A stretch of DNA of 64,000 nucleotides from Podarcis vaucheri (Eukaryota). Numbering within the stretch: the first letter of the stretch is position 1; each line of letters begins with the position of its first letter. Under the pieces are notes generated by a model. That model made no database searches. It saw nothing but the letters and a program-made list of their open reading frames with translations, and was not told where the DNA came from. Both the position numbers and the translations under genes were made by a program. Below, one piece after another: positions 12,165 through 25,336 of the stretch. The stretch lies in NCBI GenBank assembly GCA_965113315.1, contig OZ220363.1. One strand, written 5' to 3'.

Positions 12165-12950
12165 AGTTTCAAATGTTGGGCCAGAACTAGCCAAGTGAAA
12201 TTCAACAGAGATTAAAGTAAAGTCCTGTGTTTGTGTACCAAGAATGAAAGACACAAATACTGTATAGGATCAAAGCAGCCTGCTTTGGCAGCAGTACATA
12301 GGGAAAGGATCAATAAAGGATCAATAAGTTGATCATAAGCTAAACATAAGCAGTATGATGCAGTTGCTAAAAAAACCCAAAACACCTAAATGCAATATTA
12401 GGATATTTTAAAAGAAGCATAATGTCCAGATTAAAAAAAGCAATAGTTCCACTATATTCCATGCTGGTCAGGCTACAACTGGAGTACTGACAAAATTGCG
12501 CATGGCCAGAGGAAGGGGACCAGGATGGTGAGCAGCATGGTATCCAAGTCTCATGAGGAACCATAAGAGAAGTTGCCTAGTTTTAGTCTGGAGAAAAGAG
12601 AATTAATGATCACAGCCTTCAAATATCTAAAGGACTGTCATGCAGAACAAGATGGAGCAGGCCTGTCCTCTGTTGGTCCAGAGGGCCAGACTAGAGCTCA
12701 TGGGTGGAAATGGCAAGGAAGTAGTCTTTATCTAAACATTAAGAGAGAATGGCAAGGGCTGTTCAAGAGTGCAATGGGCTGCCTCCAGAGGTGGTAGCCT
12801 CTGGGGTAGCCCCTGCTGGAGGTCTTTAAGTAGAGGGTGGACTGCCATCTGGCAGGGATCCCGTCACTGAATCCTGCACTGCAGATATGGCACTGACCAT
12901 TAGACTGGACTGGATCACTTCAATATTCCATTCCAACACTATGGTTCTAT
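12165..12950 (+). mobile_element. CR1 LINE ORF2 (reverse transcriptase C-terminal) fragment with 3'UTR, decayed
   Basis: Translation FSLEKREL-MITAFKYLKDCH..GL.S..PEGQTRAHGWK..LNIKR matches the CR1 ORF2 motif FSLEKRRLRGDMIAVFKYLKGCH..PEGRTRSNG. The copy has stops and frameshifts and ends in TTCCAACACTATGGTTCTAT. Confidence 0.88.
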
Positions 12951-13394
12951 CAGGGTCAAGAAATGTAGAGCGTTCGGAAACTATTTAGGCTCCTCCCCTT
13001 CCCTAAAACGGTTGTAGCTTGCTTTCCAGAATGCTGAGAACCAAGAGTGCCTTAGCCTCTCATGAAATTACAACCTCCCAAATGTGAAATTGTTAAACGT
13101 GTAGTTTAAGCATAAGATTACATTAGCCAAGTAAAGGGACTGTTGTTGTTGTTATTTCATTTGATCTCTTGTGACAATTGCTTGGGGAGGGCAAGAAAGT
13201 GTCGCAGAGAGCTGGAATTTCGTGATCACTTTCTTCCTCGAACCTGCTTGCGCGGGGTGGGTTAATAGAGGCTTTCTGGGCTGCCCTTGCAGACAGCGGG
13301 TCCCTGCCATGTAACAGATCAGCAGAGTCAATGCAGCCGCTCTCTGGCTGAGGGCAGGTCTTAAGATGCACAGGGCTGCGAGGCTTGTCCTACA

Positions 13395-13408
13395 GCGCCT
13401 TCTCCTGG
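13395..13408 (-). promoter_or_regulatory. Candidate CTCF site, HoxD8-HoxD4 spacer
   Basis: CCAGGAGAAGGCGC(TG) on minus, one mismatch to CCASNAGRKGGCRC; lies in a CpG-rich patch. Confidence 0.5.
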
Positions 13409-15518
13409 ACGAGCGGCCAGACGACAAAGTGACTCTTCACATCACAGGGGCTGGTGGGCGGGGAGGGGGAGGGAGGAGAGGGGCAGGGTCTCCATGTGAC
13501 ATCTGCTCCCAAATCAGATAGAAGAGGATTAGGGAGAGGGGGAGAGAAAAGGAAATTAGAAGGAGTAGGGAATCCCTTCTGGGAAATAACGACAAGGATG
13601 AACCGCACCTTTGTGGCGCCCCTCGACTCAAATATCAGGTGTGCCGAAGGCCTTCTGATTCCTGTATAGATAGTGTCCCTTCAGACTCTGCAAGGTTCCT
13701 ACCATCCTGAGCGTAGTCATGCGGGTGTGTGCGCGCTTGCAGGCTTCACTCTCAAGGGATTTCCTTACATTAAGCACGTATACGTAATATTAAACAATGT
13801 TTTGATGTTGAAGAAGGGGAGGCATCCCGCCTTAAGTCAATATTAAAAGAGCTATTAGCAGCTGAAACTGAAAGGCACGCCCGCCCCCACCGCCTCTGAA
13901 TATGTTTGCTGGACAGGAAACGCGGAGCTGAGCTGTTTTGTTCTTGGCCCAGGCTGAGGGTCTGAGAAAAGCAGCTGAGAATATGTGGAGGTTGTTTAAA
14001 GGGACGGGAGAAAAGGAAGCTGGCAGTGTGGACCGAGATCTGAGGCTGCATGGGGGAGACTGCGCTAGCCAGGCTGTTCTGCGTCCAGCACAGGAATGCA
14101 GACGGACACAATAAGAAGGAACATAACGAGCGACTAGCAAACAGGAAGGCAGAGTAGGCTGGCAACGTTTCAAAGGCAAAAGGAGCCTCTGACACCACTC
14201 AAGGCGAGACCCCAGACTCTTAACATCCTTCCTGATCCTTGGCTGGTTCCTTGAGCAGAACCATTGGCCTCAATAGCAATGCGTCCAGGCACGGTCGGTG
14301 ACTAACAATCTGGGAGTTCTCTGTCCTGCTCAGAGTGAAGAGAGGCCTGTCGCTTGGCCGATTTCAGAGCCAGTCGGCCAGACAGAGACAACAAACCAGT
14401 TGCCAAACAACCAACAAGCCAGCATTGATGGCCCATTTTCTCTTTCTAGCTAAAAATCTAGTAAAATCGGTCTGGCATCCAGGAGTTTTAACCCAGGCCT
14501 AGCCTTGTGCCGGATTGTGGCTAAGGGCTGCTCCATGAAACCCGGTGACTGCAGCCTGGAAGCCACATGGATTTAAAGGAACTGCGCCGACCTTATTCTT
14601 AACCCCACATAGCTCCTGCCTCCACGTCAGGTCTACGTCTTCCTGGTGGTGCTTTGAAACAGTCCAACATTTAAAAAGGTCTCCGATTCTTCTTCTTCTT
14701 AAATCTCAAAGCTCGGTTGATTCATTCCCAAAGCGCAGTTTGCCGTCAGTTTGGAAGAACTGCTGACTATCCTAGGAGCCAACCCAAACCAGCAACCCTA
14801 CCTTGATACAGCTACCTATCCACCGTTCAATTTTAAGTCTGCAAACAAGAGAAAACCGGAGGGCAATAATGTTCTCCATACAAAGCTTTAGCTATCGCTA
14901 CAAAGAGCTCTAAAACAATGCGTTGCTTTTCCTTCTCCTTAAAGTGCTTGACCCCTCCTCTCACTTCCACCTTTTTTTTAAACGAAAGCCCTTCAACCCA
15001 TTTTTCCCCTTCCCATGCTGAGATCATGCAAGTGTTTGTGTCGTCCCCACGCACCCCCCCCAAAACACTTTAACTCACACATGTTTCATGTTTGCTGCCC
15101 TCAGCTTCCTCCTTGGAAGATTTTGAAAGGGGAGATTTTCTCCCTCGCATCCAATTAAATTATACTTCCTTTTTAGGAAAAAGCAGGTTTTCAAAAGCCA
15201 CTCGGCATAAGGATTTTTAGGGAGATATTTATCTCCAATGTGGTGTTATTTTCTGTCTTAAGCTCTGTCCCACTGACCAAATGAACTGTTTATGGCGATT
15301 CCTTTTTCCTCTCCCCCTCACCACCCCACACTCACTTCCTGTTTTTTAGCTCTTAACACTAGCAGTAGCAGCATTCAGTGCCGCAATGCAGTAGAGCTGT
15401 AAATACCTTTAACAGCTGCCTGCCAACCAAAGAGTGAAATACTGTCTTTGTTCGGATTCTCTCTCCCACCCCCAGCTCCAAGCACTCATACAGCAGCCCC
15501 TGAGAAATATAGTTCACT

Positions 15519-15553
<35 letters not shown>

Positions 15554-17882
15554 ACACCACGAATAGCTTTTTAGAGCTTTGGGTGAATGGGTATTTAAGG
15601 GCACTGAACCCACCACCAATGTACAAAAGGCAACATATGAACGGGTGGGTTCTTCTTCACTAAGGACATGACCATTTCTGAGATTATTTTTCCTTACACA
15701 AATTGTTGCCTTGTTGTGCATTTTCAGCTAGAAGTGATTAAACTATCCACGTTTGACCACTGGATGAATTCTCCTTTCTTGAGGGGGTCGTAACGTGTCT
15801 ATTTATGAACTCTCTCCTTTTTTAGGGGGAAATGAAATGAGCAGCCCCAAATTCAATACCCCCCCAATCAATTTGATTTCAGTGAGCTTGGGGGCAAACT
15901 CTCATAAAATTCAGTGGAAATCACAATGGTAGGGTGGTCGAGCCTAAAGCTGTATGCCTAAAATGGTGGTTTAAGGTGGAAAAATGCGCTGAAATCAGTG
16001 CCCCTTTCTTCCAATGAATCGAATGCATTTAGAATCAGGAGTCTGGGTTTTTCAGCACCAAGCACTCTGGCACTTTAAGTCGAAGAACATGAATATTTTC
16101 TGTAAAAAGAACAGTCATCCAGCAAACGTGATTTTGTTTTGTTTTATTTTATTTCTTTAAATCCACGTACTTTGTATTGGGTTACGAATCTACGATGGGT
16201 TAGATCTTATGGTTAAAAAAAAAAGATGCGGAAATTTCAATAATGCAAAGGCAAACAAACCAATCAACAATGTGTCTCCAACTTAGCTATAATAAATGCA
16301 GTCTAACTGGGAGGGAGGGAAAGGGAGAAGCAATATACCAGAGGGGAAAGTGGGCAGACTTATATATGCACACATGATTTTTTTTTTATTTAGGATGGTT
16401 TGCGACTTTCTGCTATAAACTGTAGCCATTAAACTGTAATCAACAATCACCTTGCAAGATTGTGATGGTATTTTACTCCCACCCAGCACCCAGCCCAATA
16501 ACTTTCCCTAGACTGATTGCTAGAAAACCAGAACTCCACATTCTGTAGACTGGATCGAAAAAAGAGGGGAAACCGGATTCGAGTGATTAAGTGTTGACTT
16601 CCAACAAGTCGCAAAAAGGATATACGAAGTAGGCATTCTTTACAGAATAAAATTTGAGTGCATTAGCAAGATTGAAATTTATTCCTATCACCTATAAGTT
16701 ATTTTAAATTGTGGGGTGATCAAATATTTATGCATAGTAGTACGGCCTTTAAACAAAACTGATGTATAAGCAACATTACATTAATATATTTAATGCATAT
16801 ATAAATCACATTATGCAAACCAGTTTTCAGGAAGACCATAACATAATAAACATAACATAACATAATAATATACATTCGACCTTTTTTTTTAAAAAAAATG
16901 ATTTGTCTAGACCGGACAACAGCCCTGCTTTAAAAATAAATAAATAAATGAGGTGATGATTCAGCGTAACATTTTAAATAGAAATAAAGACGCCTAAGGC
17001 TACATAGCAACAACAGCAAAGTTATAGGGGAAATATATTAGATATTTGTATCCAGTCTGCAATCTTATGCCATATTTACGTAACAATTAATTCCCACTGT
17101 AAGGAATTTATTCACTGCCAAGTAAACATGGATAAGATTGGACTGTCTTGAGCTATATGGATTATTCCCCTTCCCATAATTGTTGCTATAAAAATAAACG
17201 TATTGAATCCTCATGTCACCCCGCTCACAGCCAGAAAGACAGACAGATAATCTCCCTTGGTTCAATTAGGCCTGATCGATATAAAATATATTTTTGAAAA
17301 CGTCTGAGCGCCACGGTGATGTCATCCTCCCTCTAGACCACAATAATCCGCAACGCCTTTACTCCAGAATTCGTTGTCTTGCTACATAAGAGTAAGTACC
17401 TGCTATGTTGCAGCCATATTGGTGTCTGCTTAAACCTTCCACGCGTTAGCTACCGTGGAACACGCCACATGCGTCGTGCTCTTTATGACAATGCACACTA
17501 GGAAGTGTTTTGACCGCCCTAGAAAAAACCATCTAGCCGCTGCTCGATCTATTCCAAAACTGTTATATATATCCGACAGTATGACACAAACATTCCTTGC
17601 CATCCCTCCCGCAAAGTACAGTTTTAACAATCCCCTGATGTTTTCACGACTGCAAACATTTGGCCTTCGCTTTGCAAGCAAAATCCTAAAACAGGGTCTT
17701 GTTTTCTGTTCAGGATTCCCCCCCCCTCCTCCCCGCCCTCCCAGTCATCTTGGTAGGATTAATCGGATGAAAAGTCGGACTCCCCAGCACAGAAGAAACC
17801 CCAGATCGTAAGCCAGTCTCCCTGCAACAAATCTGGATGTAGGAGCGCTTAGCTTTGCTCATTATTAGTGACCCGGATGGGG

Positions 17883-17911
17883 ACACACACACACACACAC
17901 AGACACACACA

Positions 17912-17942
<31 letters not shown>
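17883..17942. repeat. (CA)n microsatellite
   Basis: Direct reading. Confidence 0.95.
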
Positions 17943-17944
<2 letters not shown>

Positions 17945-19074
17945 GTTGATAATGAAAGGCATGCGGATGGAATCCTGCTGTTAAGAAAAACCACTAAAGG
18001 AGGGGAGGGGGGACGAGGCAACAGCGCACAAGTAGAAATTGCAGGACATCTCGGTCCAAATAATTTTGCTAGTAGTTTTTGTTTGGGGATTTTTTAAAAT
18101 TCTGCTTCGGCAGTTTCTCTTGCTTCCAAACCTACTCTTGCCTCCCCAACCTCAGAGGCATTCAATTCCACTAGTGAACCACGCTAGTGGGGCGGGGAGT
18201 GCCTATCTCAGCCTTGTTCTTCGTGGCATGGAAGCCAGGCAGGTGGCAGCAGAAGGCGGCGAAGCGCTTCCAAGCCTAACCCACCGCACCACCTCGCCTC
18301 TGTTGCCTCCGCTTGGGCGAAGAAAAAAACCACAGGCGCTTGCAGTGATGGTGGTGACGGGCACCCGCCTTGCCCACTTTCTTTTATGACTTACGGAGTC
18401 ATTCTCCGGCGCCTGAGCGAAAGTAGGAAGCCCTGCAGCGATGCAGACGAGTCAGGAATAAAATGGGGGGAAGGAGGAGGAGGTGGTGGTGGTGGTGGTG
18501 GAAAACGAGAGCTGAAAAATCCCTTACCCGTTCGCTGCCCCGGTGGAAGGGCGTGGAGCCCAGCCGCATCCCTGTAATCCATTAGGGGTCGCGTTCGGTA
18601 GCAATCCGAGTCCCATCCCGATCGGAAAAGCCAAAGAAGGCAGGAAAGGCAGGCAGGCAGGCAGGTAGGGCTGGGAGGAAAGAGAGCTCGCTAGATAAAC
18701 AAGCTGCCTTGCTGGCAAAGACAAGGGAGCTCTGCCCCCCCCCTCCCAGTCCCTCCCCGCCCACCCTAACCCTTCACCGCACTCCGCGTCTCTGCTAGGA
18801 CTGGAAACTGGCAGGGTAGCAGCGGAGGAGGGTGGGCGTTTGCGTGTGTGCGCGCGTGTGTATGTGCGCGAGCGCGTGTTGTTTTTAAAACCCTTGGACC
18901 GGACTGGATCGGTACTCAAACATCATAGCGAGCGCAATGCACCTTATCGGAGACAAAGGTTAGAAAAAGAAGGGTTGAGGCTGTGGGAAAGACAGAATGC
19001 AAAAAAAGCGGGGGGGGGGATTTGCCGGGGAAATCAGGAAGGGAAAAGGAGGGGGGAGGCCGTGAAAGCCATCA

Positions 19075-19190
19075 GCGCTCGCACATGACCAGGCGCAGCC
19101 AATGACGTGCCCAAATAGGTCATAAAAGGTCTATTGCGAGTTGTAAATTCTCTTCAAACAAAAAGGAATTTACTGCAATTCCTTGCGGAT
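19075..19190 (-). promoter_or_regulatory. Hox-type promoter-like element 3' of HoxD8 (CCAAT + E-box + Cdx site)
   Basis: Minus: TTTTATGAC..CACGTCATTGGCTGCGCCTGGTCATGTG, the same motif grammar as the HoxD10 and HoxD9 promoters. Sits in a CpG-rich region (~18.2-19.6 kb). Confidence 0.6.
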
Positions 19191-21752
19191 TTTCCCCCCC
19201 AACCCAGGCTGCTACAAGCAGTGGGTTTTGTTTTCCTGGGTTCATTTCTTTCTGCCTTCTCTCTCTGCTGTTTGTCTTTACGCGCTACCAAGGCTCACCA
19301 CCACCTTTCTGTTGCCTTGGCCCGTCTCAGGGAGCAGCAGATCGGTGGGAATCTTCTGAATGATTGATTGACGCAGCCCAGTCCTCAGCCCCCTTACCCC
19401 GGAGGCCAAACGCTGCCGAGCAGAGGCCCTGATTCGATTCGGAAGCGTTTAGCCCAAACATAGGGGCCTGAACCCACACCCTACCACTTGCCTGTGAGCA
19501 ACGCAACAGCGCGTAAAAGTCCATTTGCTGCGGGGGCGGGAGAAAGTCCAGCAGGCGAGGGCCCTTTTGCTAGGTCTACATTATGTCTAGGCCGCTGGGC
19601 TTTAGAATTGCACTGCCTCACTCCGACCCTCCTTGCCCTGCGCTGGGAAGGCTGAAGGGGTTGGGAATGGGGAACATCCCAATGAAACTCAGCTCCTGCA
19701 AATCTCGAATCTACTTTACTCCAAAGGCTCGTCACGTTCCGGAGCTCCTGAAAGCTCCGTTTGGAGTAGCAAATAAAAACCACCCGCTTGTGCGAATTAA
19801 TGAGCGTCTCTTCCTTGTTGCAGGAAAAAGCCTCTCCAGAAGCTTTTCCGGCCCTGGCTGCGGATGGAACGTTGACGAGAGACAACAAAGCCTCCCTTGG
19901 CTGCTGATCCATTGATTTGTAACGTTCTAGAACGCGCTGGGAGTTCTGCGCTCTGGAGGAGTAACCAGGCGTTCTAGCGGATCTGCAATGGCAAAAGAAT
20001 TCGAGACGTGGAAGGAAGGGTGGACGAGGGAGACAAAGCATGCCTCCAGTGTTTAAAACGGCCTGCCCTTCTTGAACTTTAAATCTCAACCGACATAAAT
20101 ACACCCAGCATTTTGTCCACACACGCTACAGGGACGTTTATTCTGGTTCCGTTTTCTTTCATGCAGCAATTGGGATTGACTGACTGCACACTTAAGGGTA
20201 CTCACTTAAGGCCCCCCTGGACTCAGTCGCGCACTTACAGCTGAACAAATGTGTGTACAAATTGCATTATTTGGATGTTCAGTGCGGTTCACTTTCTTCC
20301 GCTGGCGATAGGCTGGAAGTTGTGGAGAAATTTGCCGCTGTCTGTAGTGTGGGATCCAAACTCTGTTCACTTGAATTTTGTTGCTTCCCTCCGTAACCCA
20401 AAGGCCGGCTTTAATAACTGGCGAATTCATCCAATTATTTATGGTGATTTAGGTGGAATTAGGGTTTAAGCGCCTTTTATTGGAAAGCGACTTTCCGGAC
20501 AGGTTCAGACTCACTTGAGATTTGCCTCCAAGTCAGCTATGTCACTGGGGCCGGTTTGAATATCTAAGATGTGGGTTTCTCGCCTTGAAGGACCGCATAG
20601 CGACTCCGCAAGCTTGATTTCCACCCAATTCCAAAATGGCCGCTTCCTCGTAAATAATCAGGATCGACAAACTCTAGGACAGTGTTATGTTTGATGGTAT
20701 TAATTAGATTCGTCATTCATGATGAATTGTGGATGTTAATATATTGATTAAATATATTATAAAGCATACTGCGTTGCAATGTGCACGTATATATAAATAT
20801 ATTCAGGAGAATATGCGCAGCAAATATTCGGATTTCCCTCCTCCAGAATCAATTGTCTTCAGACATTTTTATCCAATTTTGGAATAAATATCGGATAATA
20901 CTTTTTTCTAGCTGAAAGGGTTTATGGTTTAAGTTGCTCAAAATGACTCTCCCTCCGCTAGGGCTCAATTGAACTAAGGCTTTGCCCTTCGTTGCAAAGG
21001 TATTGCTACTTTACCAATAATGTCTGCAAATATTTAACTTGTATGTTTACATTTAAAGTAAAATAAAATCACCATCCCTTCTATATAGGTTTCTGGAAGT
21101 TCGCTTATCTTAGACCCGCATAACCAATCCCAGACTGACCACTGAGACGTTTTGCCGCATTTATGCAAATCAATGCACCAAATTGTTTTGCTTCACAGTT
21201 TTTGCCGCAGTTCCTCTACGTGAACGGGTTCCCAGCCCACTATGGTGCTTGTAGAGTAATGCGGTGGCCAAGGAAGGCGTTTCCGGCGGGGAGGGACTAT
21301 TTTCTGAATTCGAGAAGAGCCTCGAAAATTATAGGCGCTGAAAGTATATTCTACTTTCTTCTTAGCTAGCTGATTTCACAGCTAACATGACTGCTGAAAT
21401 GTACATATATACTAACACACACACGCACAAAGCAAGCAAAACAAAATGAACAAGACCCTTTCTCTCTCACCCTCCGTGTGTGCGTATGTAGGTGTGTGTG
21501 TATGTCTATAGAGGAATCTTCTAGTTAAGGCTAAATCCTCCGGATTCTGGTTAGATGAGAGCAGACTTTGACCTGGTATCTGTTCACTCATTTCGCCTTA
21601 CTCCACTTCACCCTCTCTTTAAAGATTTAAAGTGAATTTGTTTCAGGGGCTTTGATATGGGCAAACAAGAAACTATTGACTGTCTCCAAGACTGATAATA
21701 AGAACAATGGGAAAGATTCAGCCACAGGACTTCAACACATTTCAGTCCTACT

Positions 21753-21754
<2 letters not shown>

Positions 21755-21826
<72 letters not shown>
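21755..21826. repeat. Compound (TC)n(CA)n microsatellite
   Basis: Direct reading. Confidence 0.95.
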
Positions 21827-21829
<3 letters not shown>

Positions 21830-23119
21830 GAAGCCCTTAGGACTTACAGCGACCTAATTTTGGCTGATAAAAGTGGCCCGAGTTAACACGCCTTGCAGCG
21901 AGAAAAAGGCTCGATGAACTGGTGGACAGGGTACCAAACGGTGATGGAGTATTGATGCAAATATAATGCCTCTCAGTTTTGAGAACTCTGTTGTTCTACA
22001 TGTTACATATAAAATGAGCTACCAAGAGGTTGCTGATTTCCTGCCATTTCGGGTCTTTCCGGGTTTCTGTCTACAGTCACCCATCGAAAAGGATTTGGTC
22101 CTGTGGAAAAGCAACAGAACTGCGCTTAGCTGAATTAGCTGAAGTCGAATTCTTATCCTCCACTAATTTTTGATGAAGTGTGGCTTCTTCTGCATATATG
22201 GGCCACTTCATACACAATTCCTCTTAGGCCTCTGTGTGTGGTTTCTGGGGGCTGCGCGGGGAGGGCTCCCCACACCATTTGAAGGCCCTTATTTCCAGCG
22301 ACAGACAATTTGAGGTTTCTTGCGCGAGAAGGCTCTACCTTTTAATTATCTGCACGATTTAAGATTGAGAAGCCACTTCTTTGAAATTGCCAGGAGAATT
22401 CTGGTGGTTTCCTTGCACTTTGATGTGGAGATATGATTACCTGATTCAAGCCAGCGCCCGTGAGAAAGTCCTTAATAAATCCCGTTGAAGTGAATGGGAT
22501 TTGATAGCATTAAGGGCAGGCAGGATCACCCAAAAGCCGAGAAATAAAATCACACACACACACACACACCTCAGTTTTCTCACCAACCAAGCGGTGTGTG
22601 TGTGTTTTTTTTGTTTTTTGTTTACTGGGGAGAAAATGTCGAAAATAAAGCTAATAAAGTTAATGTGTAAAAAAAAATGTGTAAGCCAGTGGGAATCTCA
22701 CGCGTTATTCAGAACCTGGGACAGTTTTTTGTTGTTTTGCTATCGCTCCATGAGAAGTGTTTTCAGTCATCTGCAGGACTTCCATGCTTTGATAGTCTTA
22801 AATTGCCCGTTTTCTGCTGAATAACACCTACTACAACAAACCTACCACAGACATTGGACAAAATCCATAGAACGTTGGCACGCCTGGACCCCACTGGAAT
22901 CAATAGAGTTCTGATCGCAAGTGTACTGCACACGCGGACCACAATCCAGCGATGAATTAAGGACTCTTGCACAGGTACCTTATTTATAGTGCTTAAGCAC
23001 TCTGATCTTCATCCTGGGATTATAGGCATTAACAATGCATAGGCCCGTTATATCTTGGGATTCTATGAACTAATGAACCCAAATAGCGGTGTGTGTGTTA
23101 TATCCATCTGCAGCTATTT

Positions 23120-23300
23120 CAGAGTTGGCTTCTGGAGCGGCGCAGGGCTGAATCCCATCCCTGCCGTTAACTCAGACCTCGTTCCAATCCCGTCGCAGCC
23201 ACTAACACCTCTCAGTCTCATCTCCTTTTTACTGTGGGTATAACACGGACCTCCTGCCTTATAGTGCTGTTGCATGTATGGCACAGACAGCATGTGAAAG
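23120..23300 (+). mobile_element. MIR/CORE SINE, old
   Basis: CTGAATCCCATCCCTGCC..CACTAACACCTCTCAGTCTCATCTCC..GGGTATAACAC..CTGCCTTATAGTGCTGTTG..GCATGTGAAAGC is collinear with the MIR core. Confidence 0.5.
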
Positions 23301-24066
23301 CCTACTGCTCAGGGTGATTTTTATTACTCCTGTAAACACTAATTATCGCAACAGCTAAAGTCTGACCATGATGAGGAATTGCACTTCTCCAAATGGTGGG
23401 AAGAACACGAAGACAGTCACTGCTGTACAAACGATTAAAAAAATAAAAATAATAATTCAGCCATAGTGTTAGTAGTAAGAACGGCAAGTTTTTTTATAAA
23501 TATAGCACAGGCACCTCTGGGAAATCCTTAAAGTTTTAGATGGGCAATTGACAAAATAATGCTGCTAATCAAACTTCCGCTTTACTTCCAACCCAGACTA
23601 GACATACGCAGGGATGTTGCACGAATGACATAGCATGGGGGGGGGGGTCTTGCTGAATCCAGCTAGCCCGCCATGCTTTCTTCAGCAGCGGCCTGAGCAG
23701 CCTACATCAAGCAAGGCATGAAGAAATGGAGAGAGGCATCTCGTGCTGTTTATCTAGTAATATGGTAGACTGCTCCCTTATGACGGGGATGGTTGGGGAA
23801 GTTTTCTGCAACACCAGGCTAGGGCTTTCCGTTAATTTTAAACCTCCTTGCTTTGATGGGTGTCACACTGTGCTCACTGCAGCTTCCTCGCAAGTGTCCA
23901 TAGGACTGCAGCCTCTGGGACCCAGCGCAGAGAAAGCTGGTTGCCCCCTTAAGCCTCTCACTGAGACCAACATTGCTCCATTGCTTCGTATTGAATTTAT
24001 TTACGATTAATTTTAAACTGGATTGGGACCGTGCCATATTCGGGATAGAAACATCATGTGCCTTTT

Positions 24067-24147
24067 GGCACAATCCTAGGCATGTCTACTCAGAAGTAAG
24101 CCCCGTTGGATTGAGTGGGGTTTACTTCCAAGTCTAGGATTGTTGCC
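24067..24147. mobile_element. Short (~80 bp) palindromic non-autonomous DNA element
   Basis: Arms GGCACAATCCTAG / CTAGGATTGTTGCC and inner AGTAAGCCCC / GGGGTTTACTTC. Related copies occur elsewhere in the window. Confidence 0.7.
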
Positions 24148-24770
24148 TGGACGACCTGATCCGGCCTTCTTCTTCTTCCTGTACTTGGCAATGCAACCAC
24201 TTCCAAGGGTCAAGCCTAAAGCATGCTTCCCTGAAAGAAACCCGGTTGAAAACCGAAACACACACGTCTGTGGAAGTAAGTGCGCTGAAAACAATAGGAC
24301 TCCACTTCATGTGTACAGGGCAGGCGTTTTCCACAGAGAACCGAATCAGCCTCCTATAGCAGATAACTAAACGCTCGAATACTTTTCATTTTTCAGTAGC
24401 TACCATAAGGCTAATGCAACTCGGGGAATGCAGCAGCAAATGCGTAATGAAGCTGCCCGTTAGAGCTGTACCCAAATCCTGCCCGCTGAGCGCCGAAGGA
24501 AAAACCTTCGTGCAGTCAATGCAGACAACAGCGAACGCTGTATCCTTGAACGCCTCGGCCTCATAGCTGTTGGACGGTTGGGCTATTCTCTCGGCAAAAC
24601 CGCGAAAGTTTGCTTGGAGTAATTTGACCTACATTTTCTAAGTCCCGCTGCACTTTTGGGCTCCGCAGAGAGGTGGCTGTTGTCGTTTTTATTAAAAACA
24701 AACCAACCAGCCAACAACAGGAACGTAGGAAGAAACCTGACCATGGATATTACAGTGGAATCACCTTTGT

Positions 24771-24776
24771 TTTATT
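24771..24776 (-). terminator. Candidate HoxD8 polyadenylation signal
   Basis: AATAAA on minus ~560 nt after the stop; a second AATAAA at 24688-24693. Confidence 0.45.
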
Positions 24777-25336
24777 TCGATCAATTACCGATCATTCAGT
24801 ATCAATGTGCCATTAAAATATCTCCTTCTTCTTCCCCCTTTCCCACACCCCCGCAAAAAAAATCATTATAGTGTCTAAATTAATTTACTTTACAAGAAAT
24901 AAGTTGGAAGGAAAGTTTGGAGATTACAAGTGCACTTGCTTGATTCGAGCATTTGGGTTGGGTTTTGGCTTTTCTGTGCTTGGGGACAGGAGAGGAGAGG
25001 AAGAAAGGAAGACAAAGACCGAGGAGGGGACGCGTAGAAAATTGCTATATAGTTTTCGGTATCAAATTCCACGTGAGGGGCGAAATGGAGAAAGATGCAG
25101 CAGCAGCAGTCAGCTGGGACTCGGCTTAGGGCGCCCCGGGTGCAGTAACAAATAAAATAAAACTCTCACCTAAGTACAGAAACATCATAAGGTAGCTTTA
25201 AAAAACAAACAGACTGACAAGGTCGGGCCCTTGTGAAAAAGGTGCCTGAGTAAGACCGGTGAAGGCCGGGAGGAGAGGCCGCTGGTGCCCTCGCGCGCCC
25301 GCTCTCCCAGGCATTGTCTTTGGCCAAGGAGAACCT

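Noticed and set aside
17780-17880. Possible decayed Hox6/7 start (ATGAGC.. on minus)
   Set aside because: The translation MSKAKRSYIQ does not match the MSSYF motif, and no homeobox remnant was found downstream.
19481-20122. 213-aa minus-strand ORF near the orphan promoter
   Set aside because: GTG start, no Hox motifs (no SSYF, YPWM or WFQN), no recognisable homology.
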